Of a stretch of DNA of 64,000 nucleotides, positions 11,135 through 24,120 are shown piece after piece. The notes beneath the pieces were generated by a model. The model had not been told where the DNA came from. It saw only the letters and a program-made list of their open reading frames with translations, and ran no database searches. Source of the DNA: Octopus bimaculoides (lineage: Eukaryota). The position numbers and the translations under genes are program-made. Position 1 is the stretch's first letter. Each line of letters opens with the position of its first letter. The stretch lies in the NCBI RefSeq assembly GCF_001194135.2, contig NC_068981.1:36771217-36835216 (forward strand), given 5' to 3'.

Positions 11135-12117
11135 NNNNNNNNNNNNNNNNNNNNNNNNNNNNNNNNNNNNNNNNNNNNNNNNNNNNNNNNNNNNNNNNNN
11201 NNNNNNNNNNNNNNNNNNNNNNNNNNNNNNNNNNNNNNNNNNNNNNNNNNNNNNNNNNNNNNNNNNNNNNNNNNNNNNNNNNNNNNNNNNNNNNNNNNNN
11301 NNNNNNNNNNNNNNNNNNNNNNNNNNNNNNNNNNNNNNNNNNNNNNNNNNNNNNNNNNNNNNNNNNNNNNNNNNNNNNNNNNNNNNNNNNNNNNNNNNNN
11401 NNNNNNNNNNNNNNNNNNNNNNNNNNNNNNNNNNNNNNNNNNNNNNNNNNNNNNNNNNNNNNNNNNNNNNNNNNNNNNNNNNNNNNNNNNNNNNNNNNNN
11501 NNNNNNNNNNNNNNNNNNNNNNNNNNNNNNNNNNNNNNNNNNNNNNNNNNNNNNNNNNNNNNNNNNNNNNNNNNNNNNNNNNNNNNNNNNNNNNNNNNNN
11601 NNNNNNNNNNNNNNNNNNNNNNNNNNNNNNNNNNNNNNNNNNNNNNNNNNNNNNNNNNNNNNNNNNNNNNNNNNNNNNNNNNNNNNNNNNNNNNNNNNNN
11701 NNNNNNNNNNNNNNNNNNNNNNNNNNNNNNNNNNNNNNNNNNNNNNNNNNNNNNNNNNNNNNNNNNNNNNNNNNNNNNNNNNNNNNNNNNNNNNNNNNNN
11801 NNNNNNNNNNNNNNNNNNNNNNNNNNNNNNNNNNNNNNNNNNNNNNNNNNNNNNNNNNNNNNNNNNNNNNNNNNNNNNNNNNNNNNNNNNNNNNNNNNNN
11901 NNNNNNNNNNNNNNNNNNNNNNNNNNNNNNNNNNNNNNNNNNNNNNNNNNNNNNNNNNNNNNNNNNNNNNNNNNNNNNNNNNNNNNNNNNNNNNNNNNNN
12001 NNNNNNNNNNNNNNNNNNNNNNNNNNNNNNNNNNNNNNNNNNNNNNNNNNNNNNNNNNNNNNNNNNNNNNNNNNNNNNNNNNNNNNNNNNNNNNNNNNNN
12101 NNNNNNNNNNNNNNNNG
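11135..12117. other. Assembly gap
   Basis: N run. Confidence 1.
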
Positions 12118-12353
12118 AAAAAGCCTCATGTGTCACCTGCACAAGAGCCAGTCCAGGGGCACTGGCAACGATCCCGCTCGAAAGACCCCATGTGTCGCCC
12201 GCACACGAGCCAGCCCATGGGCACCGGCAACGACCTCACTCGAAAAACCTCATGTGTCATTCGCAAGCCGGCCCAGGGGCACCAGCAACGATCTCGCTCG
12301 AAAGATTTCATGTGTCGCCCGCACATGAGCCAGTCTATGGGCACTGGCAACGA

Positions 12354-12360
<7 letters not shown>
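12118..12360 (-). repeat. 62-bp minisatellite derived from RTE 3' UTR
   Basis: CATGTGTC starts at 12127, 12189, 12251, 12309; same unit as 60883-61182. Confidence 0.9.
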
Positions 12361-12384
<24 letters not shown>

Positions 12385-13414
12385 ACCTCCTCCTCCTCCT
12401 ACTCCTTCTGCTGTGGAGGATGGGTCTTTATGAGTACAGCAAAGCTCCAGATATCTTGGTCCATTATCATCTCCTCAGTGTCCATATATATATATATGCA
12501 TGTATTCATTTGTATGTACATTCCCAAACATACATGTATGAAGTTATTAATGAGATAAAGTATTTAGTATATATAAATCGAAAAGATTAAAGAAAAAGAA
12601 GTAAGTTCCATTCTTATTAGGCCCTTTCAATTATTGTTATTACACATTGGTCAAGCATTATTTCCCTATATCATCATCTGGAACAAATGCAGTAATGCCA
12701 TTCCAGCATGTCTGCCTTCCTCCAAGTTGTTGTCACTGTCATCATTGTCGTTATCATCAATGTCATCATCATCACCATCCTCCTCATCATCAACTGTGTG
12801 CCTCTCATTTAGAAATGGCATGAGTGAGACTTATCTGTGAGTAGCAGTATTCAAGCTGAGAACTGGCAAACTTAGAGAAGAAAAGGATGATGATATTGGG
12901 ATCTCTGAATGCCAAGTTCTAAATATCCATGAACATATTTCAGGGCATATCTACTTTATTGCTGATGTGATATAGAATATGAGAAGGAAATTATTAGTAT
13001 AGCATAAATTTAATATTGGTTACAATTATTTCAGTACCACTTCACTTTAAATCACATTACACATAAATAATTGCATGCCTATAATTATGCATGGTTGATT
13101 CTATTCCTCACTTTTACAACCAAGCATAATTATACAAGTCTTGTGTAATTTATAAACCATTTTGTGTAATGTGGTTTGAAGTAGCGTAATACTGAAACAT
13201 CTGTAACCAGCATTAAAACTTAGGCTCTATTGATATTTTCATGTTAGTCTTTGTCTTATAGGCTATTCTACAAAAATACATATCAATTCATTCATTCTTG
13301 CAGTGGTAGATACTTGTAATTCCTGTGTGAGTTGACTACTGTTTAGATATGTAATATGTAAATAGATGGGAATTTGTAGTGATTGCTACATAAGGAATAT
13401 GTTGAGATTTTACC

Positions 13415-14760
13415 AGATCCATCATCCTCATCATCATCATCATTGTCATTTGATGTCCACTTTCCATGCTGGCATGGGTTGGACTGTTTGCTGAGGACTG
13501 GCAAGCCAGAAGGCTGCACCAGGCTCCAATCTGATGTGGCAAAGTTTCTACTGCTGGATGCCCTTCCTAATGCCAACCACTCCAAGAGTGTCGTGGGTGC
13601 TTTTTACATGCCAGCAGCATGAGAGCCAGTCAGGCAATACTGGCATTGACCATGCTTAAATGGTGCTTTTTATGTGCCACTGGCATGGAAGCCAGTCAGG
13701 TAGCACTGGCAATGACCACGCTCGAATGGTGCTTTATATGTACCACTGGCATGGGTGCCAGTCAGGTGGTACTGGCATCGGCCACGACAATGACTTCACT
13801 TAATTCAACAGGTCTTTGCAAGCACAGCTTATTGCCCAATGATTGAAGGGTACTCTTAAATAGGCTGGTTATGCTGCACTGGCATAGGCCATGGTATTGG
13901 TCTCACTTGGCTTGCTGGGTCCTCTCAAGCACAGCATATCTCCAAAGGCCACAGTAACTTGTCATCGCCTCCTTGAGGCCCAGTGTTCAAAGGTCGTGCT
14001 TCATCACCTCATTCCAGGTTTTCTTGGGTCTATCTCTTCTACAGGTTTCCTCTACTGTTAGGGTGTGATATTTCTTCACACAGCTGTCCTCAGCCATACA
14101 CAACATATGACCATACCAGCACAGTTGTCTCTCTTGCACACCACATCTGATGTTTCTTATGTCCAACTTTTCTCTCAGGGCACTTACACTCTGTCATGTA
14201 TGCACACTGACATTACACATCCAGCAGAGCATACTAGCTTCATTTCTTGCAAGCTTAGGCAGTCATGCACCATATTTCACTGTCATGTAGCATGGCGGTT
14301 TGCACACATGCGTTATACAGTCTACCTTTTACTCTGAGCGAGAGGCCCTTTGTCACCAGCAGAGGTAAGTGCTCTCTGAACTTTGCCCAGGCTATTCTTA
14401 TTCTAGCAGCTACACTCTCAGAGCATCCACCCCTGCTACTGACGTGGTCACCTAGGTAATGGAAGCTATAAACTACTTCTAGTTTTTCCCCATGGCATGT
14501 GACGGAAGCCATTTTCTGCACATTTTCAGTGTTTATTGCCCCTGAGCATTTGCCACACACAAAAGCTATCTTTCCAGTTAGCCTTCCTATGATATTGCTG
14601 CACCTCTTATGTGTCCATAGCTTACACAGGGTACATCTTATGGAGTTTCTACCTACGCCTTTTCTACAGATTGAGCAGGGCCAGCTACCTGAAGGGACTT
14701 GTGATTTGTTTGCCTTCCTACTTATTAAGACTCCTACATTTTTTCAGTTTCAGTTGCTGA
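13415..14760 (-). mobile_element. RTE-clade LINE 3' portion (post-RT region, 3' UTR, GAT tail)
   Basis: KLEVVYSFHYLGD..AARIRIAWAKFREHLPLL..LSLRVKGRLYNACVQTAMLH (14255-14560); UTR shared with 34470-35475, 42917-43345, 60100-60420. Confidence 0.9.
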
Positions 14761-14899
14761 TCACAATTACATGAAGGTCTCAGATATTATTTGATGCTGC
14801 AAGGTCATCTGAGGGAAGAGAATATTGCTGCTTGAATATATTCTCTACCCCACTATCCCAAAGTGGTTGAGCCTAGATTTTTCCTCATTTAGCAGCATA

Positions 14900-16100
14900 T
14901 AATTTTTTACACTCATTAAATCACAGTCCATCGAATCGGTGTTGTGTGCTCCCTTTCTGGTTCATCTGCAAAGATCTTTATTTTACTATGTTTGATGGAA
15001 ATTTCCAGTGTCATGTAAGTAAATAATATACAGAAGTGGGTCCTATAAAGTAACCTGGAGGACAACACCAATGACTTTTGCTGGTCTTGAGTAAATTCTG
15101 TTGTTGAGTTTTCTTTTTTTCAGGAAACACTTATTCCACTGCAGTAACTTTCCACAGATTCCAGTGATGGATAATCTCTTCTGCAGAATGCAATGGGCGA
15201 TTTTGTCGAAAGCTTTGCTAAATTCAAAGTAGATGACATTTGTGTTGGTTCTACTGTGAGGGATCTAAAGTTAAGACATACTTGAAGTGATATTAGGTGA
15301 TGATACAGATAAAACAAATAAGTTTAAAGAGATGATTTACAATTAGTATGCTTAGAGAAACAGTGCTCGTTGCAGTAAAAGATATAAACTGCTACAACCT
15401 GATTGGAAATTGATGAAGAACACTGCAAATCTTGTAAGTTCCTGGCTGCTTTTACTTAGTCTCAGACGTGTTGTTGTTGTTAGCTTTAAGTCAAAATCGA
15501 TCAAATAGATCTATGATCAAAGGCATTCCAGTTGTGACCAACTCATCTTTTTTAAAGAGTATGTAGGAATACATTATTCTGTGAATCTTTCTTTCTTAAT
15601 ATAAGTTGTGATTTGAAAGAGCTATGAATTCTAATTTGTAGGCTGAGATGTATAAATAGATATGATTAACTAACCGGGTGAAAGATTTCATAAATTTCAC
15701 GAACACCAAGAGCAACTGAATGTACTTCATATGTGGTTACTACAAGCAAATCTATGGATCTACAGCAGTAGAGTCCACATTGGTTGCCAGGTAAATGTCT
15801 TTCTGACAAGATGAAATACTATAAAGATACCACAAATTTACTTTTCTCTGGGTAAAAAATCAATAGGAGGTCTGTGTTGACAACAATGATAACAAAGTCT
15901 AAGAGAGGTGCCAGAAACTTTGGTTGCCATTAAGAGTGGAAAGTCTCGCTTTTCAAACTAAGCTTCTTCAATAGAGGAGTCAAATAATAGTGATTGCTTC
16001 AACATTCACTCATTCACTGTTAAAATTATACTGAAACTGGAGACTTGGCTTGAAAGTTTGTAATAGAATAGACTTCACTAAATGGATAAAAGTGCATTAA
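14900..16100 (-). mobile_element. CR1-clade LINE reverse transcriptase remnant
   Basis: Manual translation: TNVIYFEFSKAFDKIAHCILQKRLSITGICGKLLQW, then GVVLQVTL*DPLLYIIY (cf. DFSKAFD and GVPQGSVLGP motifs); boundaries approximate. Confidence 0.7.
15465..15600 (-). mobile_element. SINE-like family D 3' end inside the CR1 remnant
   Basis: GTTGTTGTTGTTAGC..CTATGATCAAAGGCATTCCAGTTGTGACC. Confidence 0.55.
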
Positions 16101-16189
16101 ACCAGGTGATGGATTGAGTTTACAACCTAAGAATAAGTACTGTACATTTGATGGAATTTCACACTATTTCCAACTTTCTAGTTTATTTT

Positions 16190-16275
16190 GGAAGTTTGCC
16201 CAAGGTATTATATGGTGAGATTGAACCCAGAAACATGATTGTGAAATGACTTTCTTAACTACACACCCATAGTAT
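16190..16275 (-). mobile_element. SINE family B head fragment
   Basis: TTGCCCAAGGT..GATTGAACCCAGAAACATG..CTTAACTACAC. Confidence 0.5.
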
Positions 16276-16703
16276 ACCTCGTAACATATGAAGCAGAACA
16301 ATATGTAGCATTGTTCATTACATGCTATTTCTGTTTATGAAACTACTACTATTTATTGAGTTAACTCTAGTAGGTGATCCTGCTAATATTGAAAAATCTG
16401 AGTCTTAACTCAGATTTCAAATGCCTTTATTATTATTTTATTTCCATTTTTCAATGATTACATGGGTTGGATGGATCTTCTTCAGCATAGTATCTTGCTA
16501 CTTGTGGTTCACAATCATTTCATTTGTGAGGTTTAGCATTCTGAAATCAGCTTTCATCAACACTTGCCATGTCTTACTTCAGTTTTCTTCCATATTTGTA
16601 GGTCTCTTCCACTTGGTGTGTTATAATTAAATTGTTCCTCTTCATATGCATCACATGTTCATATCAATTCATTCTCCTCTTTTGCATATATATATATATA
16701 TAT

Positions 16704-16741
<38 letters not shown>

Positions 16742-17437
16742 NNNNNNNNNNNNNNNNNNNNNNNNNNNNNNNNNNNNNNNNNNNNNNNNNNNNNNNNNNN
16801 NNNNNNNNNNNNNNNNNNNNNNNNNNNNNNNNNNNNNNNNNNNNNNNNNNNNNNNNNNNNNNNNNNNNNNNNNNNNNNNNNNNNNNNNNNNNNNNNNNNN
16901 NNNNNNNNNNNNNNNNNNNNNNNNNNNNNNNNNNNNNNNNNNNNNNNNNNNNNNNNNNNNNNNNNNNNNNNNNNNNNNNNNNNNNNNNNNNNNNNNNNNN
17001 NNNNNNNNNNNNNNNNNNNNNNNNNNNNNNNNNNNNNNNNNNNNNNNNNNNNNNNNNNNNNNNNNNNNNNNNNNNNNNNNNNNNNNNNNNNNNNNNNNNN
17101 NNNNNNNNNNNNNNNNNNNNNNNNNNNNNNNNNNNNNNNNNNNNNNNNNNNNNNNNNNNNNNNNNNNNNNNNNNNNNNNNNNNNNNNNNNNNNNNNNNNN
17201 NNNNNNNNNNNNNNNNNNNNNNNNNNNNNNNNNNNNNNNNNNNNNNNNNNNNNNNNNNNNNNNNNNNNNNNNNNNNNNNNNNNNNNNNNNNNNNNNNNNN
17301 NNNNNNNNNNNNNNNNNNNNNNNNNNNNNNNNNNNNNNNNNNNNNNNNNNNNNNNNNNNNNNNNNNNNNNNNNNNNNNNNNNNNNNNNNNNNNNNNNNNN
17401 NNNNNNNNNNNNNNNNNNNNNNNNNNNNNNNNNNNNN
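16742..17437. other. Assembly gap within (CA)n
   Basis: N run. Confidence 1.
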
Positions 17438-17849
17438 CACACACACTCACTCACACACACACACACACACACAGAGTCTGTCTCAAGAGAAACTGGTCTT
17501 TTAAACGAGTGCACTAGTCTTTTAAACTGACAGCTAGTGTAACATGCAGTATTATGTATGGGTGATCTTCATCTTCAGCTTATCCATATCAAGCCACATC
17601 AGTCAGTCATTAATCTACATATGCTAAAGTGAATGAAGGCTTAGTGCCCTTGGAAATTTTTCATATGTAGAACAATGAGAGATTTGAAAGAAGAATGTGC
17701 TTGTGTTTGTTTCAAATTGAGAACATTTATGAGAAAATTTCTAGTTTGTTAATCTTGCCTATGTAAAACGGTACAAACATCTCAAGTTGGCTAGAACATT
17801 CACCAAAAAGGATAACATATCTGGATGATGTTCCACAATAGACAATGAT

Positions 17850-18640
17850 GTTTAGAAAGCAAAAGTATGTGCTGTGATCAGTAAATATTACTTACTGACT
17901 GCCTGTGAAGTTTACCATCATCATTTGAAAAAAAAAGAAACAAAGATAGAAGTTGAAAATCCAATGTGCTGCTACAAAATTTATGAACGGAAAGAGAGTC
18001 AAGTTGCAATCTGTTTGGAGTTGTCCAGTTGCTTGAATGCTTATGAAAATTTTCTGTAAATGGTCATAAATGATGACAGGTATCAATACAAAAAAAGATG
18101 TCATTGCAATGATTTGGATTATTGTCATTGTAACCAAAAAGCATGTCAAAGTCAATCAAATGTACAGGTGAAATCAGGTCTTGGTTTTTATTGGATGGGC
18201 ATTTTGCATCATTATTTTGCTCAATGCAGTCCAAGGATCAATAAAGCGTTTTACTTGGCTTTTCTGGGGTATTTGAGTCAGGCTGTGTGAAGGATAAAGC
18301 TCAAAGGCTGGACAAACAAAACTTGAATACTACACCAGAATAATTTTTTATTCATGTCCTTTTTCAAAGCATAAAATGATTTTTATCTCTTAGCCACCCT
18401 ACTGTCTTGATATTTTCCCCGAAGGTTGAAATTATCTGTGAAGAGTCACAGATTTCAAACATTACACATGATTGTAGAAAACTGGCTATAATGAATTGCA
18501 GGCCACTCTTGAAAACTTGTTCCACACTGCACTTGAAAACTATACCAATGCTGTGTAGGAAACTGTATATGGACTGCAAAGGAATCCATTCTTAGAACTT
18601 TATTATGTATAAAAATGGTAGTAGATGACAGAATCAATGG
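17850..18640 (+). pseudogene. Degenerate coding-like remnant, possibly Mutator-type transposase with SWIM finger
   Basis: GLGFYWMGILHHYFAQ resembles SWIM consensus CxC..GILCxHxFA with cysteines lost; weak. Confidence 0.25.
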
Positions 18641-19169
18641 AATTCTGAACCAAAAGCCTTGCAGTAGTTAAGTGCCATATTCATTTGTGTGTAATATGCA
18701 TTTGTGCATGATGTGTATTTCTAATTATGAGCAACAAAATTCATAAAAAAATTTTCTTGTATATAAGGCACTGATTTTTCTTTAGTATTGCAATGTATAG
18801 AAAAAAAAACTAACATTTATTATAAATGTTGCATAAAGTACAATGAAAAAGTATAAAATACATTATTTAAAAAAGGGGAGTGGGGAATTGAAAGTGACTT
18901 TTGAACTTTGCTGGTCTAAGTTTTAAAAGGTAATCTGCTGTAAAGTCAACATTGTGGAAATTACAAAATCTTGTTCTTTTTTATAGAAAATCTATTGATA
19001 ATGAACTTAAACAAGTTTATACCCAATTTTGCTATCCAGTTTGTACAACGATGCACACATTTGTTATTATAAAAGAACAAAGCGTTTTTCATTAAAGCAT
19101 TAAATTTTTAACTCCACCTCTAACTTCTTTATTAGGCATTGTTAAAATTTTGGTCTTTAAATTTTTGTT

Positions 19170-19980
19170 TTGCACATCAGAAATGCAGGAAGTGGTACCA
19201 TAATGCAATTAACAAGTGTGTTGAAGGAACTATCATGCAATTTAATGCTGAAAAATTTCAAACATATCACAACAAGGACCTGGAAGGATTGCAGTCATAG
19301 TCAATGCGTGACCTAGGAGTAAATGATATTGCTTTTCATGTACAAAGTACCAAGATAGTATTGATGTGCTAAAGGCTGGCAAGATGGTGTGAGTTCATTC
19401 AGCACAAGAAGGCAAGAAACTATTCTGCTTTGAAGGAGAACATTTGTCCTAAGCTGTCTAGACTATTGCTCATAACCATGGTTACCAAACTGTATAAAAC
19501 TAAAAGTAGATCTAGAAGCTGTTCAAAAGTACTACATTGAGAAAATGGCCTCAGTGCAACGTTTGAGTTACCAGGAGTGGTAGAAAATGCTAAGATACTG
19601 CTCCCTGGAAAGAACTTGAGGAAGACATGCAGGGATTTAAATATGGAAGATCCTTGAAAGACTAGCTCCAAACTTAGTACTGTAAGCTATACCAATCAAT
19701 TGAGCTGATTGACACTGCACAATCCTGGAGGTTCCAGCCACTCCTTCAGAAATCATGAGCACAGCAGCTTAGGGTTCAAAGACCCAATGATCCTCAATGT
19801 CTTGTCAGTCAAATTGAGAAAACTACATGGAGTAGGTATAAATATATTAAAAAACAACTTGGATACTGTATTATTTGTGATCCAAAATGAACTAGCCTCA
19901 TGGCAAGAAGTGTATCTGTGGCTAGCAGAATCAAACACCCCCATTCACCAAAAGCTAACTACCGAAGAAGAGTTATAGGA
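19170..19980 (+). mobile_element. CR1-clade LINE ORF2 C-terminal remnant
   Basis: RDLGV..VLSCLDYCS*PW..LEAVQK..LSYQEW..YCSLE..WKILERLAP across frameshifts. Confidence 0.7.
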
Positions 19981-20539
19981 ATAATATCTATTACATAGGC
20001 AGTGCTTTGGCATGGTCACAGCAACTCAGATTGAAACAAGTAAATAAATATAATGAAAAAGAATAGATGAAAGCAAAAAACGATGTTTCATTGCTATTAA
20101 TGTTAATTAACATTGCTATTAATGTTAATAGAATTTTCTGATTAATTAATGTCAATAAATATGAACAAAATTTTGCTGTACTTAGTTTGTCATGGGAAAC
20201 ATAAAATTTAAGCCTTTAATGAGATATAATGAACATTTAATATATTATTCTTATCAAAGATAAATGTAACATTATTACAGTGATTTAAATTATTCATTAC
20301 ACAACAATTAACTTGGCTAGTAGATGCAATTCATCCAGTCCTGAATATGGCCATGCACTTGGTGCAGGAAAACCCCCATAATATTTAGTTCTTTAGTATA
20401 AAGAGCAACTTGGTTATTAGGTTTAAAAATTTAGAAAACTGCACATATCATACCTGAATGAATATGGTGCGTCCTGACCTGAATCCAAATATCGCCAGTA
20501 TCATCTTTTGCATTTTATCAGCCTGAGTTAATTAAACAA

Positions 20540-20870
20540 ACATTAATCAATATATCAGATGAATTTTATCAATCTTACTCGCCATCAGAATTCATTGCTA
20601 TGCAATAATATTAGAAATCCTTATTATATATAGAAAATTTATTTACGAGATAATGTAAAATAAGAGCTGATGCTTAGCAAAAACAATCATATTTATAATA
20701 GCTTTCACTATTTTATAATTTTCACATTATCATTCATCTGAATCATCCATTGATTCATATGGTAAATACTATATACTGACAGGTAGGATTTAGCTTAACC
20801 ATAAGTGATGGAGTAATCACTACTGATGAGCTTTAATTCCAAGTGCAATTAGCTTGCTCATATACTGACC
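20540..20870 (+). mobile_element. Possible decayed PLE 3' end with degenerate hammerhead
   Basis: CTGATGA(20823)-GCTT-TAATTCC-AAGT-GCAA; stem II intact, GAAA has one mismatch. Confidence 0.3.
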
Positions 20871-21034
20871 TCACTTGCTGTGGGGGTGGTTATCTCCCCT
20901 GTCAGTACATGAACAATGTGCTTTGAATCTTATTTTTAGCAATGTAGGTGTTACCCTGCACCGTCAGTCATTATTAGTGACAATTGAATTTTTCCTTTTT
21001 GGTTTTATATTGTGTCTAGTCACCTACATTATCT

Positions 21035-21065
<31 letters not shown>

Positions 21066-21067
21066 TA

Positions 21068-21307
21068 GGTGCTGGCGTGACTGTGTGGTAAGAAGCTTAC
21101 TTCCCAGCCATGTGGTTCCAACTTCAGTCCCACTGTGTGGCACCTTGGGCAAGTGTTTTCTACTATAGCCTCAAGCTGACCAAAACCTTGTNNNNNNNNN
21201 NNNNNNNNNNNNNNNNNNNNNNNNNNNNNNNNNNNNNNNNNNNNNNNNNNNNNNNNNNNNNNNNNNNNNNNNNNNNNNNNNNNNNNNNNNNNNNNNNNNN
21301 NNNNNNN

Positions 21308-21393
<86 letters not shown>

Positions 21394-21594
21394 TCCCCGC
21401 ACCATTGCTTGACAACCAATGCTGGTGTGTTTATGTCCCTGTAACTTAGCAGTTTGGCAAAAGATACCAATAGAATTAGTACTAGGCTTACAAAGTCTAA
21501 GTCCTGAGGTTGTTTCTTTGACTAAAACCCTTTAAGGCAGTGCTCTGGTATGGCCTCAGTCAAATGAGTGAAACAAGCAAGAGAATAGAAGAAT
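21068..21594 (+). mobile_element. SINE family B, full length, spans gap 21192-21307
   Basis: tRNA-like head, GGCACCTTGGGCAAGTG, internal TA/TG repeats, 3' GTCAAATGAGTGAAACAAG. Confidence 0.9.
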
Positions 21595-21624
21595 ATACAT
21601 ATATATATATTGATATTTACATGT

Positions 21625-22455
21625 GTGTGTATGAACATTGGCCAACAACTGCTGGAAAATCCTTGAGAGACCCATTTTTGGCATCAAATTGTTTCTGGGA
21701 ATGAAATGGATCTATTTTCGTAATCCTAACAAGAAAAATCATCCATTCCAGCCAGGCTTCAGAATTTGTTGTTAAAGAAGAGCTGTTTGAACAGAAGATC
21801 ATGTTGTGTGTTTGGTGGAATTTTGAGGGGCTGTTGCACTTTGAGCTTGTCCCAGATGGCCATGTTGTGAATGCTAACCTTTATGATCAACAACAGCAGT
21901 GGATATATGATACTTTGAAAGTCTGCATTGGTCAATCGAAGATGTGCATGGCAAACTCCAGCACACTACTAATATGATCAAATGCAAAACTGAGGGTCTG
22001 GAAGTATTGCCTCACCTTGCCAGACTTTATATCATTAGATTACCACCTTTTCTGAGCCATGGTTCATTTCCTGCACCAACAGTGGTTCAACAGTGAGGAT
22101 GAACTTGGTGAGCTGGCAGAAACATTAGCATGCTGGGCGAAAAGCTTAGTGGTATTTTGTCTGTCTTTACATTCTGAGTTCAAATTCTGCAGAGGTTGAC
22201 TTTGCCTTTCATCCTTTTGGAGTTGATAAATTTAGTACCAGTTGCATACTGGGCTCGATCTAATTGACTGGTTCCTTCCCCCCAAATTTCGGGCCTTGAG
22301 CCTAGAGTAGAAAAGAATGAGCATAAACTTGAAAACAGCTGCAGGGGGCTTTTTGTCACTAAACCAACTGCATATTATAAGTATAGAATTGAGGTTCAGA
22401 CAAAACAATGGCAACAGACAATAGAATATGATGGGATATATTTTGATGAATAAGC
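21625..22455 (+). mobile_element. Mariner transposase remnant interrupted by a SINE
   Basis: IVSGNE..WIYFRNP, KIMLCVWWNFEGLLHFELVPDG, LEVLPH..DYHLF; resumes after 22331 to TIEYDGIYFDE*. Confidence 0.8.
22107..22317 (+). mobile_element. SINE family A with probable 13-bp TSD
   Basis: TGAGGATGAACTT (22094-22106) / TGAGCATAAACTT (22318-22330). Confidence 0.9.
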
Positions 22456-22539
22456 ACTTTACATTTGTAATTTGTTTGAACTAGTAATTAAAACTTGAAA
22501 TGCAGAAAAACTTTTGACTTAGTCTGGATACACACACAC

Positions 22540-22900
22540 AGGAATGGCTATACACTAAGAAGCGTTTGATTCCCAACCGCATGGTTCTGGGTTCAGTCCC
22601 GCTGCATGACACCTTCTACTATAACCTTTGGCCAACAAAGCCTTGTGAGTGGATTTGGTAGATGGAAAGTGAAAGAGGCCTGTTTTATACATATATATAT
22701 ATATATACATGTCTATATCTATGTGTGTGTGTTTGTTCCCCTACCACCACTTGCCAACTGTAACTAATAAAATAAGTACTAGGCTTAAAAAATAAGTCCT
22801 CAGGTCGATTTGTTTGACTAAAACCCTTTGAGGCAATGCTCCAGCATGCTCCAGCATGTTTCAGTCAAATGACTGAAACAAGCAAAAGCATGAAAGAATA
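22540..22900 (+). mobile_element. SINE family B with internal deletions
   Basis: GGTTCTGGGTTCAGTCCC..GCCTTGTGAGTGGATTTGGTAGA..GTACTAGGCTT..GTCAAATGACTGAAACAAG. Confidence 0.85.
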
Positions 22901-23589
22901 TAGATATATATTTATGTGTGTATGCACATATGTATGTATGTTTATGATCTTTAAAATCATTGCATCATATTTCAGTGTTTCTAATCCATCTCGATTCATC
23001 CTTATCTTATATCCCCCAACAGGTTTAAATAAGAGAATTACTAACAATATACCAAGAATTGTCTCCATATACTGTAAACCCTTCCTTACATATATAACCT
23101 TATGTTTTGTCAAAGGAAATCATTATTTAATACATAAGTTTATATACTTAAACTAAAGTACAGCTTTGAAAATTATACACATATTTCTCTGTTTAAGCAG
23201 TCACATTGTTATACAATCATTGGGGTATGTTACTATATTAGCACATCTTTAAGTTGTAGTCTTTAGAAACTGAGGTTTATAAGAAAAAAAAACAAACAAA
23301 CAAAAAAGACTACTTAATCTGATTTCAGCAAATTCAATTCATAAGATCAGGAAGTAAAAAATAGAAATGCAAGACTTATATAAAGTTTACTATATGATTT
23401 CACTACTTTGAGGTTGCATGAATATCAATGAAGGAACCTTCTTTCTTAGAGATTGCCTTGTTCTTTGTTGGATTTTGTAGGATTTTAACAAATAAATAAA
23501 GAAGGGATGTATATGTGTTAATCTATACATGCTTCAATGCTGCTAAGCCTAGTGCATATATGCACATTCATCATAATTTCATTGTATAC

Positions 23590-23994
23590 ATATATAAATA
23601 TTTTATATATTTTATATCAACACATGCATTTACAAAGCAGAGACACACGTAAATGCATATATGTATAGACACATATAGACATATTCATGTATGTATGTAT
23701 GTATGCATGCATGCATGTATGTATGTATGTATACATGTATGCATGTATATATACATAAACATATATATATAGATAAATATATATATTTGAGAATGTATAT
23801 ATATATGAGTATGTATGTGTATATGAATATGTATGTGTATATGAGTATGTATGTATATATGTGTGTGTGTATATATATCTATACATATGTATGTATGTGT
23901 ATATACATATATATATATATATTTATATATATATATATATACATATACATACATATATGTATATATACACACATATACATATATATATATATAT

Positions 23995-24039
<45 letters not shown>

Positions 24040-24120
24040 TATCTGTACATATATATACATATACATATGTGTGCATGCAAGTGTATGTAAATGCTTCATC
24101 AACATCATCATCATGACATA
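23590..24120. repeat. ~530-bp compound TA/TATG/CA/CAT microsatellite
   Basis: Directly visible. Confidence 0.9.

Noticed and set aside
21068-21140. SINE heads as tRNA genes
   Set aside because: A and B boxes are present but there is no full cloverleaf, and they continue into repeat bodies.
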